A stretch of 64,000 nt of DNA from Balanoglossus misakiensis. Lineage: Eukaryota; Animalia; Hemichordata. This document shows, in pieces, positions 1 to 12,800 of this stretch; within the stretch, counting starts at the first letter, position 1, and each line of letters opens with the position of its first letter. Location of the stretch: contig CM082592.2 in assembly GCA_040954595.2 (NCBI GenBank), positions 9,473,677 to 9,537,676 of the forward strand, in the 5' to 3' direction. A program made the translations under genes and the position numbers. Below the pieces are notes generated by a model. The model had not been told where the DNA came from and made no database searches. It worked only from the letters and a program-made list of their open reading frames with translations.

Positions 1-3000
1 CTTTAAGATTTCTGATTTTGATTTTGTTTTGATTGAAACACACTGCATTATTTTCTTCCCATCAGTGATTGCGTTCTTTGATTTCCAGACAGTTGTCTAT
101 TATATGTGCCTATTTCCCAGGTCCCTGAAACACACATTGAAACAAATTGCAAGAAGCTAATCTTGCAGTGAATTGTTTGAACTATAGAGGGCGCCCTTTA
201 CACGAAATACAACATGTATGAAATGAACAATGTGCCAATACCTGTTCAAATTCAAATATTTACACTGTCTCTATATTAAATGTTTAATGCAAACTCTCTG
301 TAGACCCATGTTTGCAGATTCAGATGCTGTGTTTTGACATGACCAACACAGACTTCTCAAAATTCAAATGCAAATTCCATCTGAAAATATTTGCTAGCAG
401 AAGTCTTGGCAAGAGTTGCTGCTGCGTGGTAAACTATGTACACAACGGAAGATGAGACAAAGAAACACATAAATGCCCTATGGGCATCATGAGCATCTGT
501 CTAATGAATGCTTTTCCAGGTTTAAAATAAAATTGTTAATAAATCAAAGTGGTTCAGGATTCTTACAAATTTGATTGATCTATTAATTAAAGTCTACAAC
601 AAGTGAGACCCCATGAGCATTCTCCTGAGACACACAGACAGTATGTTAATTCTGGTGTAAATGCACGACTCTCATCAACATAATATTTTGTTGACTCATA
701 GCAGAGTCCGGAAAAACCCCTACAGGGCTCACTGTACCTTTGAGGACATGTAGACACTAACTGATTCCTAGTCAAGTCAGTGTTAGTGTATCAGGCGTCT
801 TGTACAAAAGTCACCAGCGCACTGTATCATTCATACAATTGTACAATAAAGTATAATTCTCGGCTGACAAAGATAACTTGACATTGGGGGGAGGGGTGCC
901 AGGGTCTCTATTATAGTTGGATTTCAGGTCCTCTCTTCTCGCAGATCGCCTGTGGATATTGTCACAACAAGAATGCCTACGCCTGATCTTTCGAGACGCA
1001 CCGCAAAGCGATTAATAAAGACATCTATGATCTAGCCTCGGGGCTGATGGCATCTCGAGATAACAGTCTGCGAGGAGACATTCTCAAAGCAGTTGCATAC
1101 GGAAGCTGCATTGTGCAAAAGCTAGCATGGTAGTTTATGTGATCAGTCAAGTATTAAAAAGAGAATGAAGAATCTTCGTGGACATTGAAAATAACCCAAT
1201 TTCGCCACTTCGGGTACGGGGTAGTTTACACTGTTTTTCTAATTTTCTATTTATTTCTCACGCACTTGCCCTCTTGTTTCAATTCCTGTGTTTCAATTCT
1301 AACATCACAGCCTCTCACGGTACTGTAGACGGCCATCTTTGTCGATCACACTCATTTCCCATCGCATTCTTTTCCTCCTTCAGACCAACGTGACAGTCTA
1401 CCCATTCGGCAGACAAGGGCTTTTACAAAAAATTGTAAACTGGAACAAGCTGAACGACAAGATCCTTTTATATCGAGAGATAATGCCTGAGTGAGAAGAC
1501 GTCACCACTGAGTCAATGCACTATAAGCCGGCCAGACACACAAAAGAGGATGGGCTAGGGGTCTTTAACATGCCGCCCAGACTAATTATCTAGCGTTTGT
1601 TGTGCAATGCCGTTGTGAAGAAAAGAATCCCTGAATTAAATAAATCACGCACAAAATTGAAAGTAGTCGCCACAATGCCGGAAAAGCAGATTCCGTGACT
1701 AAAAGCACCTTATCTAGATTTCCGTCTTTCCAGCATTGAGTTCAAAAGTACTTTGGTGATTCCGATAAACGCTCCATGACAAAGACCACTTGACTCTTCA
1801 TCAGTCTAAGAATGAGCTAGCAAACCCTCCCCCTCCCCGAAAAACGTCTTTAAGATGTCACTAAGGAAAACAGCCTTGACTTAGGTATGAACTGCCACAC
1901 ACAGCTAAAATGGTGGTACACATGAAATTCAGGGGAACACTGTATCATGCCATGCTGGACATGAAGCACCAGTCATTTTAGTGTGTTTTCAAGCTGGGAA
2001 GTTTTCTCTCGTTTTAATCCGTCCGTTAAAATGGTAGCGTTGACAAATCCAAATCCACATTCCTCATTTGTCTAATTCCTATCACTATTCTCAGCTACTC
2101 ACTACAGATCAATAGATTTGTCTTTTGTTCGAGAGAAAAACCCTTCAACATTCAACTACACTAACTGCAAGCAATCAATACACAGTAACTCGGTGTACCA
2201 GGGCCTAATTAATTACAAAATGGACAACAAAAGTACCACAACAGTGAGGCTTTTTCTGCTTGTTGCTTTTGTTGTCGTTGTCCACCGACTTTTTGTTGTG
2301 ATGATCAAAAGGAACCACTGATAGAGGGCTCCCTTCTCTTTTCAAAGTATGTATCCAAACGGAAGACTTGACAGATCTGGAAGGCAGTAACAGAATATGC
2401 AAAAGTCGCTGTTTCCCTTTACTTTGGGTACAAAAATCAACCACTACCATCAGTTGACTAGATAGACCATACATTTGCACCAGAACACATTTGGCAAAAA
2501 TGTGGTTATTTCACTAAGATGGGAAAGAATGGCCAATATCAATGTGACATTTACATACTGGTGTTAAAAATTCATGAGAAAACTGGTAACATGAAACCAT
2601 AGTTCAAAGAAAACCGGGGAAAATATTTATGAGGGATACCGATGGTGTTCATGCACATAATTAATGGACCATGTACATATGGGTGTCACGCCTTGCTTGG
2701 CAGATAGTCAACTTCCAACTTGATTATCAAACAATGGTACTCCTATCTTTCTTTTCACTCTGCCTCATTCAATTTCCCACCACAATTGTTTTTTAATCAA
2801 GACAGACTTTCTGGACGCGCATCGCTCAAGGCTGCCCTGGTTCACACTTAGCAACGGTCACATCTTTGTGAAGTTCACGCCTTCGTGAAGGTGAAACACT
2901 GCCAATAGTGGCAATACAACAACTACGGACCAAAACTCCAAAAGCTCAATATTTATCTAAACAGCAAAAGTAAAGATGTTCAACTGTCCTCGGCCTTCCT

Positions 3001-6000
3001 TGCTCTTTAGGTCTTTCTATACTCCCACTTGAAAGTTCAAATACAGTTGTTTGATGTCAAGTTTTGTAAATTGTCCAAAGTGTTTGTCTGTGCTACGAAA
3101 CAACAAGCAGGGTCACCATTTTGAAAACCATAGTGACGACCACCAAGACGGTTGTTAATTAAATCCTTGGAAAGATTCGCATCCTATGATACCAAAAATG
3201 ATATTTCGGTATTAATAAAGGTAGAGTTTCTATCAAACTGGTTGCTAACACAGTGTGAGTTGACCAAAAGTTATTGAACAAGGTTTGTAACCAAATGACA
3301 AACTTATGAAATTTAGCTTTGACAAATCTTCACGTACCATCTTGGAAGACAACTTGACCTCCAAGCTCAAAACCTTCTTGTCATCATCAACATTCCGACT
3401 GATTCACCACTTTTTTGTTTTGCCCACTTCACGCTCCCAAGGCTTTGCATCACAAAAAACATCACGACTTGGTGTACACAGAAGTCTAAACAGTTTGTGG
3501 TCACAATGCAAAGTTCCAATTTAACTCGCGAGACTGTCAAATGGGTGTGACTTCCACGCTGCGCTGCTTAAAACAACAAATTTTGAAAAACAACTGACAA
3601 AATCCTGTTATTTGAGAAACGGCTGGTTTACCTGACTGGTGAAGCGTTGTGGGAATTCGAACCCAAAATTAGAAGAATGCACGAAACCTTTTGACAATGA
3701 AAATTGAAATCATTTCAAAACCAGTGTACATGTACTATGCAACTTTCTCTAAATGTGACTGCTTTTTGATCAGTGGTTGCATTTCCCATAGGAAATATTT
3801 CTGAAACACCCAATTTTATTTTGTCTACCTTTTTTCTGTGACTGTGTACATGTACTTTTGGCATTTTGCCATGAAAATCATGAGTTTTATTTGTCCAACT
3901 TCTATTTCATAAAGAACTGTCCACACACTCAAGAAGGTAGCTACACCACAATGCCTCATAACTGCAGAAAACAACATTTGAGTACAGATTAGATCAACTA
4001 TAGAATCTGTCGGGTATGAGCATCAAGGATTTTCAAGACCATTATAGTGTCTGCATGGTGTGGGGTACAATGTACTTGGTCTTTATGGCTGGCAACTTCT
4101 TTCTCCGCCAGCTCTTTCCGAGGTGATCAACAACAGGTTAGTGCGAGTGAAATGGTAACTTACAATATTGCCCATTGCCAATAAAACATAATTATTTCAA
4201 CTGGTTGTTTTTTTGCCCTCGTTTCACAATAAGTGCCCGCACACAGCTGCACAGTGGTGTAAACCCCGATTGTGAGGTGAGGTTGGATCTGCTGGCTGCA
4301 TGAGACACGGGGAGCCTGGTCCAAACTTTTGTGTGATATCCGACAAGTCTGGATGGTAAATATTTACCGATCACACCACAGCAGGTTAATCAACCATGCT
4401 CTCTGAAAGCCATTCGGTTTCGCCCTCGTCGCAATTCAACCGTGGCACACTGGCTTTTCAAGTTTACTCGGACTTTGAAAGACAAAAAAAAACACCAAAG
4501 ATATCTCCTGGTTCTACATGATTGCAAATTATTTTGTCTCCGATGATGGAAGTGATGATTCACCACAGCCCAAAGAAGCTGTCAACAGCCACCCATATCA
4601 AATGGCTCACGGATCTCCCCAGCCTCCGGCACAAAATATCAGCTTCGGAAAAAAAACTGTCATGGCCACTTAATAACCACTCACATGTATTCCTGAGCAG
4701 ATTTTAGGTCACGCTAGAACAACAACCTTCATTGATACATGCTAAACAATCCTGAGGAAACAGCTTCCTCAGATAATCCCCGTCTTTCCGTGTGGTGCAA
4801 ACATCTCCAATATCAACCATGTCATCCCAGGTGTTTTTTCCTTTGATTTTTTCCACCTGAAATTAGAGTTCTTCAAATATCTCACCATACATGTACCGCT
4901 TAAAGAATAAGGTCCTTTGTAAGATTACAGATTGAAGAAAGGCTGTTGATGATGATGATGAAAAAATGACAAAACTTTTCACCATCTCTCATGGTAAATT
5001 TTTAGTTTGGCAAAGTATCAAAGACTACTTGATCATATTTCAAGTCATTCCGTAATGACTTGAAAGAACTGGAAGAACTGGAACTGGGAGAGATAAATTG
5101 CAACATTCAGGTGTTTTTTTACCTTTTTGCTGGGAACTGCCACAGATGAAATGACTGGAGAGTATCCCTTACTGAATGGGAGAATCCCGGATCGACTTCT
5201 CCGACAGGAACACAAGTTTGGAAAATTGCAATCTGGTTTTTTGTTCCTTGAAGACAGCTTCTTGGTCCTGGCAGTTTTGCTGCCATGAATGCTGGGATGA
5301 ACCGCTTTCGTCCGAATCACTGCACGGTTAGTTTTCTGGACCAAGGCACCGGAATACGCCACTGGAAGTAATGTCCTTCTGTCCATGTTGGTGACACAGG
5401 CTACGCTTTCTCGATGCAGCCACACACACAAAAAACACAGGTCAGAGCCGACCAGTTTTAATTTGTGATTTCAGGCCTCCGCAAACATACAACACTTTCT
5501 CCCCGCTAATGATTTGTGCAAACTGTTTGCTCAGAGTGGCCCAGGAAGGCCAATATCGCCGACTGGAAAGGGCTGGAATGCCTGGACTGCTTGCGAAAGG
5601 TCAAGTTTGATAACACTCAGGTTGCTTTTACAGCAGAGTCAACAGAAAAGTGGCTCTTTCTTTCAAAATAATCCTGGCCATAAATGTAATAAATCGGTAT
5701 AGCTTGAAAGCCACAGGTTCCTGGCGTATGTCTTTTTGTATAAGAGACTACTTGACTGTCAACACTGCCTGCACAGAATTTCCACCACCATTTCGGTGCT
5801 GAGCTGATGGACACACCAGTGTGTAAACTCATTAAACTGTTAACAGAAGTGGTGGAAATGTTGACCGAGTACATATGCTCGATATCTCACATCTGGTTAA
5901 TGCCACTTTCTGACGATCAAGTCAAATTCCGGGACATTTACAAACCACTGAAGTAACTCAAAATCTGCTTATAACACAAGATCCTCGTCAAAGATATCCC

Positions 6001-9000
6001 ATCATCCATATTGGTTTTTCCACAATGGTGCTGGATCAGTTTTCTTCCGAGAAACATCAAAGTCCATTTATACCGCTACGGAGGAAAGGTTTACGACCAC
6101 AAGAATCTTGATCACAAACACTGCGGCCACTGCAGACAGGCAGTCTCTTTTCACCATGCAGAGGTAGCACTTGACTCAAAGCACTTGACATTTCTATCGG
6201 GCGCAAGCCTGTTCATCTCCAGTGAAACAATTGCCCGGCCTCTTGTGGATCACCTGGGAACCGCAGACGAGTATTTGCAAAAACACTCGGAGGCAACAAG
6301 AGAAACAGTTACAAAGAGCACAGCAGGTCCTCAGACATCACCAAGTGAAGATGCTGCACTTCTGTTAGTCTGTTCGCGTAGTATCCGTCCGACTCAAAGC
6401 CAGCTGGGGGCTCAGCACCAATTCTAGTGTCTCCCCGACTCCCCAGAGAGACATCGATGAAATGAATGCGGCGGTGGTCCCACACTTTTTTGATTCAGTC
6501 AGGTGTTGGCCCGACTACACTAACACTGACAAGTCCAGCATTCCGCACGGCAGTGTTACCAGGATCCATTCAGTGTAAGATGATAGCCACTCACCTATGC
6601 AAATGTGCCGTATCAGACAATGGCCAATGCGTGACTCCCCACACACTGGTGCGACTCAGTCAGTCCCTTTTCCGGGGCTATCCCTAAGCTACTAATTACC
6701 CACCCCATGCAAAACACCCATATAAGATCCATTTTTTGTCTGCATTAATACCATTCAGGCAGTGGCCTCTAAACCGTCACAACATCTAACCGCGCTTATG
6801 TTGAACCTGACGGCCCAATCAAGAGCTTTACGCAAGAATGCAAGAATCGAAAGAGTCGGAAGAACGGTGTATCCTTCGCACAGTGTGTGTTGATGAGATG
6901 CGTTGTGACATCTATAGCTCTCTCCCCTGCTTTGACATTGAATCTGTTTTAATAGCTGGTAATTAAACTGTCTCTGGCTGATAAATGGAGTGGCTTTTAT
7001 CCGAACTTCTGAAAACGCTAGTTTTATCCCCAACCTGATCAGGGCTTAGGAACCAGCGAGTTTCAACAATTAAATTGCATGACAACAGGCAACAAGACAT
7101 GTTTATAATTAATCAACCAAAAGTAACAACCATTCTGCAGATTTGCTTTGTTTCTTTTTTTAACAAACTGGTGTGATACACATTAATTGGGGTTAATCGC
7201 TTCAAACAAGACCGCTTGGGTGCGCCTTTGTCTTGATTACACTGCATCAATGGGATTTGTCTGTCCTTTTGAAGACGTACATGTAATCTGTAACTGGCCA
7301 CCACAACTATCTTCACTAGCTATATACATATACACCATTCGCAAACTTACAAACTCCCACAAGAATGCAACAGGATGAAACATTTAAAGCTACTCAAACT
7401 TTACTCGCTGCCATAGCAACACAAAACTTTGTTTGACTCTTGGAAGTTTGTTTTCTTTCACTGAAAGGTGAGGACTGCAATTTTGGAGGTACATGCCAAA
7501 AGTCTGGTGACATTTCGTGGCACAATCCACGACACCATAAATCCAGTTCTGACTACCGCATAACAACACAAGACGTTTTCACACCTGCAGTTGGAAATAC
7601 AGAGATACCTCTCATATCAGTCTTCACATTGTTTGCTCTACGTGTGAAGGACTTCTGTAGTAGCGCTTTAACCAAAGCTTCACTTATTTACTCGCAAGTT
7701 TATCCCACTTTAAATGCTGTTCTTATACTTGGGGCATCTCCTTTTTTTATCTACTTCAAAGTTATTCACAGTAATCAAACAAAAAAATGATCAGGAACCC
7801 GGTGTGCGTGGCCAGTTTTCTGACTGGCTCATTGCTTTTGTATTTCAGTCATTCTCACACGCTGTGCCCAAAACAAAGGCGTTGTCTGGTACGAACTCGT
7901 AACAGTGGCAATGGCATTCCTTTGATGGATACATGTACAGACAGAGTAAAAAGAGAGCAGCCAAAATGCCACCAAAAAATGCGGTGTCATGTGCGTTTTG
8001 GCCGGTATGCTTGGATAGTTAAATTGAACCTGGCCATGTGGTGTGGTCTTCTCGAAGTTGTCCAACACAAAAAACTGAACCAGGGAGGAATTTCTGGGGT
8101 GTCAGTCACGGCTGGTTTGAAAATGTTTTCCAAGTGAAAGTTGTTATTTTGAAGTAAAAAGTGACACGTCGATGCAGCACAGATGGTTTTTCTTCTTGTG
8201 GGTTCTGACGAAATAAAATGTCCACAATTGTCATGAAAAGGAACACAGCCATTACATTTACGGGAAAAATTATTTCAAGCAGCATTCCGGCCACTTTCAA
8301 GTGGGTGGCAGTAGTCCAGAGGTGTGAAGTACTACCCAAAGTGCAGTCATAAATATTTCGACCACTGAACCAAAAGTTACACTGGCTCCACATTACAATG
8401 CGTTTTCAAAAGTAACAGCAGCCAATCTGATTGGTTTCATTCACATGATTTCCATTCAATTCTGAGTAAGAGGTCTGTTTCAGAGAAGCTTGATGGGCTC
8501 TTTAGGTAAAGTAGATTTGATACGAGACGCTTGTATGTATACTCAACTGCCTGTGACAAATTTCCACCTGTCCTACAGTCATACATGTATGCACTTTGAG
8601 TGGCTGCACGTTAAAACCTTGGCCCTCCCACAGTCGCAATTCTGTAAAGCTAACCTTTACCTGTTGTAACTGTTGAAAATTTCCTCCATCCCTAGAGCGA
8701 GACAGATTAATTTCATCATCACATTTCTTTGCAGTCTTGCATCATTTCGTAAAGCACAAGTGAGACCACACAGTAACAGTAGGGAGAAGGTGATCCACAT
8801 TTACAAGCACCGCCCAGAACAGGAACATGAATTCTGGTTCCTGGTCAATTTTAGTAGGATCTTTTCCCAGTAGAAACTGCTTCCCACAATGTTTCTGAGT
8901 TCTCGTGTATCATTCCTGAAGGCCAAAATTTCATTTGATAGCCACATTCACATAGTTTGCACCCCTACTGACCAGTACACACACCAAAACAGACATCTTG

Positions 9001-9640
9001 ACTATTTCTACCAAACTGGAATTTGATCAAATTTCTTCAAGTCAGCCCCAGAAGTATCACATGCGTGGGACGATAAGTTTTCTTACGTCAGGGAGAAGAC
9101 GATAAAAGTTCTTTACGTCAGCGATAACTGCGCATACGTCAGAGGTGTGTCATATTAACTGACAGAGCACGCTGCTGCTAAAGTTTATATCTGACTGCTC
9201 ACTTCTTCATTCTTATCATTGAACTTCTCAAGACCCAACCACTGGTTCAAGAGAGTGTACATTTCCCATTGACGTACACTTACATGTGTGTAACTAGATG
9301 TAACTACTGGTATTTTCTTGTTTGCCTCCCTACAGTTTCCCAACACACCGGTTTTCTGCTTGTCAACAGGTCTTGTCAATGTATACAGATTATTGTTATT
9401 GTTGACAAGCACATTCAAATGCAGACTTCAATACCATTTTTGAAAAACAACAATGTCGATTGTGCACGTGTCGACTACTTGTATGTTGAGAAGTTTAACA
9501 TAACGGAAATCTGCAAACTGATATATTTATGAGAATATCACTGAGCAATTGGGGAGATACTCAAACAGCACTGACAATTTTCACAGCTAAGTGAATGTGA
9601 CAGATACATGAAACTGTCCATTAGTTATGGCAGCTATCAC

Positions 9641-9886
9641 TTAAGCCTTTCACCCGGTCACCCCATTTCTCTGCACATGGGTCTAACCTTAATCATTGAA
9701 AACAACTGGGCTGAACCATAGTCCAGCAGTGAATGGGTGACATTCCCACGAATGTCAGTGTAACCATTCTATATATGTGATCTTTTCAGATGACTGGAGC
9801 CACCCCTATCACTATGGTTTAATCCTGTTGTTTGCTATGAATGGGTTTGATCTACGCCCTATGAAAATAGGGGTGAGGGAGGTTAA
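9641..9886. mobile_element. Two decayed copies of the same TTAA MITE in opposite orientations (about 9641-9740 and 9801-9886) in TTC28 intron 2
   Basis: By-eye alignment: ttaa-gcctttcaccc...cattgaaaacaa...gaaccat matches the reverse complement of the 33845-33937 element, and actatggttt...ttgtttgctatg...ggggtgagggagg-ttaa matches its forward strand. Confidence 0.6.
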
Positions 9887-12800
9887 AACAGCGTTGGAAT
9901 TTCAGACTGCGATTTGAAAGAATATGAAGATCAAAAGAATTTTATACATTATGACATCTTCTAAGAGGGGCAACTGGAAGCAGTGACCGCTTTATCTTTA
10001 GATGGTTGGCGCAGAGATACAGAGCTGCCAAAGCTTGTCTGGAAATGTCATCAATGTTGTGAGCATGTATTGCAGTGACCCCAGACAAGCAATCACTGCA
10101 AATGCTAAGCAAACAAACACGCTACTAACAGATTGGCTCCACTGCCCCGCACTGGGCAGTGGGGTCACAGCAATGCGGAAGGGGAAAAAAAAGACTCTGG
10201 TTGAATATACAAACATTTGAATCTCTCTCCACTCTCTCTCTCTTTGTGAACGCCCCGGCCCCAGCCCTGAAACTATTACAGGGTGGGCCGTTTAACTGTC
10301 CCTCTGAAGTTCCTGGCATTTCCCAGACACAGCGTTGTCGCCAGGAACGTCAGCCGGCAATCAAGCTGTCCACTCCGAGAAAAGACAGGAAAACAAAGGA
10401 AAGTGGACGGAACAATACTGTGAAAATCTGGCCACCACTTTGAGGGTGATTATGCTCATACTGGACATTTGGACAATGTGTGGGCGATGAGTGATGTCAA
10501 TCAAAAGAGGGCGAAAACACGGTAACAGTCAATTTTACTTTGTGAAACTTGGGTGTACTTTGAACTTAAACTGGCACACTCATTTGGGACCTTGTCATCA
10601 TTGATTTCAGTAAAAACTTGTTAGTTGCTGAGCAAAGACCTGTGCAGTACCACAGTGCCAGGCCAATCTCTTGTACAGGAGATTGAATTACCAATCGAAA
10701 CAACTGCACTTGAGAGGGGCAAACAGATGAATGTATTTCAATTGCAAATACACTTCAATGAATAACTTGCAGCCACCTAAATTAAAGTGAATTTTCGCCC
10801 CTATGCATGTGAAGTTCAGATATACACACTGCCCTCTATTGACAGAAAATATCTACCGGTACTTTTGTTTCAGGTCACTGATGCAGCAGTATGCCCAAAA
10901 CACATATGAGTCCTGAATATGTCGATCGTATCAATTTCTTTATATCTTTATTTGTGAAATGAAAAAAAACTCAAATGATGAATAAATTATTTGCATCGGT
11001 AATGCCGTTTTGCCCTAGAGAGAACATTGAAACAGCGATATCTCCTTACACACCACACCTAGTGACTTGTGCCAGCATTCATAGGCAAACAAAATAAAAC
11101 CTTTGGGGAAACTGTTGTCATGGTTCAGAAAGCAAATATGGAAATGAAAGAAAGCTATTAAAGCTATGGTGTTGATCACGAGCGTGATATCAACAAGAGA
11201 ATATGCATCTATAAATGACAAAAAAATACCACTTCAGTTTTAATGGGAACCTTGTTTTCGTGTACATCTGCTGTTCAGGTGTTCCAAAGCGCAAGTTTAT
11301 TCCAACTCTGGCGATAAGACACCGGGCAACTACGTCTCCGATAACCGGGCGACTACGTATAGCAACATGAAGCCAACGGCGTTACTATCATTTCTTTGCG
11401 AATTCGTATCAATCAAAACTGGCAGTGGGTACACAGATATGAAAAGAAGTGGGCCTCAAACGCAAACGAGCTTGCTTCGTGATGAATTACCAAGATGACC
11501 CAGATACTGAACTTTGAACAAAAGCCAAAATACTACAATCTGATGATATTGAACTTCTTGCGCAATTTGTGAACTTTGAAATTGACGTTTAGGAACTTGC
11601 TGCACATTTGACTCTACGGTACCACAATCTTATTCAATATTCAGTCAAGATTTTAAAAAACTTGGAAATATCAAATTTCTACAGGAAAGAATATCATGAC
11701 ATATAAAATATGTCTTCTTTTTTCACGCGCACTGTACCAAAACCCACTAATTCTCTTTGGGACACCACATCAAACATATTAACTTACATTTTGTGTGCGT
11801 GGCCATTGGATGAGTCCACACCAAAAAAAGTGGCAAGAGTTGAGTGAGGATATATAGACATTGTAAAGTAGCTAAGCTTCAGCATAGGCTGGCTATTAAA
11901 AAGAACAATGACAGTGTAATAGCTGTCAAACACGTGAGGTTAACATGCAGAGAGACGCCAGCCTATCTCACGTGCTGTTTACCTGCACGGCCTTATAAGT
12001 CAACAAAGTGGGATTGTCGGAAATTCCTTTAATTCCTCGGTAAGATCCCAAAAGCTGCCGGTGACCCTTCCAAACGCTGGTTTCTGTGATACTGGTGTTG
12101 GGTCCGAAACCCCTCTGTTTAAGAACTGGATTAAGTAGTACTTTGCTGGTTAAACCGGCATAAAAAGTGCAAACTGTGGTACCACTGGGTCTAGTCTGTG
12201 AAATCATGTCCATCAGGCGTCAGTTGCATCGTGAGGCATATACTAGTAATTTTATAATAGGGAGAGTGATGCACTGAAGTAGATATTACAGGAGATGTTG
12301 CCAGTTTACCAATTGCAATGTATCTGTCTTTCCCTGTAAGGCATGAGAGAGAGGTGGACTTCATATCCATGGGCTTGTACTGTCATCACCCGAAAGGAAA
12401 ACTCATCACATTGATTATGTACATTTCCTGATACCCCCACCCCCAAAACCATATCGATAAGCATCACAAGAACCTCTATATATGGATTGTTTTCATTAAT
12501 GATTTTACTGCAGTGAAGACAGCCTCAGACAGTGTTCCTCAGACAGTGTGGAACTCTGGGGGCAGTCCACCTGTTTTATATCTGCAGGGCCTCCCAGTAG
12601 GACAGAGTAACATTGACACTATCCTGTTGATTTAGAAGTACCAATATCCCACTGCTTGATCTGCCAGGCCGGTGTAATGGACACCAGCTATAACCATGAG
12701 ATTGTTATGATAAGCCCGGCTATTCCATCACCCATCAATGCAAACATTTCACACTCCCCCCATCCACTCAACATACCAGACCCCAGCTCTCCCTTTCCTG

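Noticed and set aside
3637-3665. tRNA 3'-end-like string on the minus strand (TGGGTTCGAATTCCCACAACGCTTCACCA)
   Set aside because: Only a T-arm/B-box-like piece is present. There is no D arm, anticodon arm or matching 5' acceptor strand, and no adjacent LTR that would make it a primer-binding site.
9284-9418. Open segment ending at a phase-0 GTAAGT donor (…VVTSSYTH|gtaagt)
   Set aside because: It starts at TTG with an in-frame stop just upstream and has no ATG or clear acceptor.
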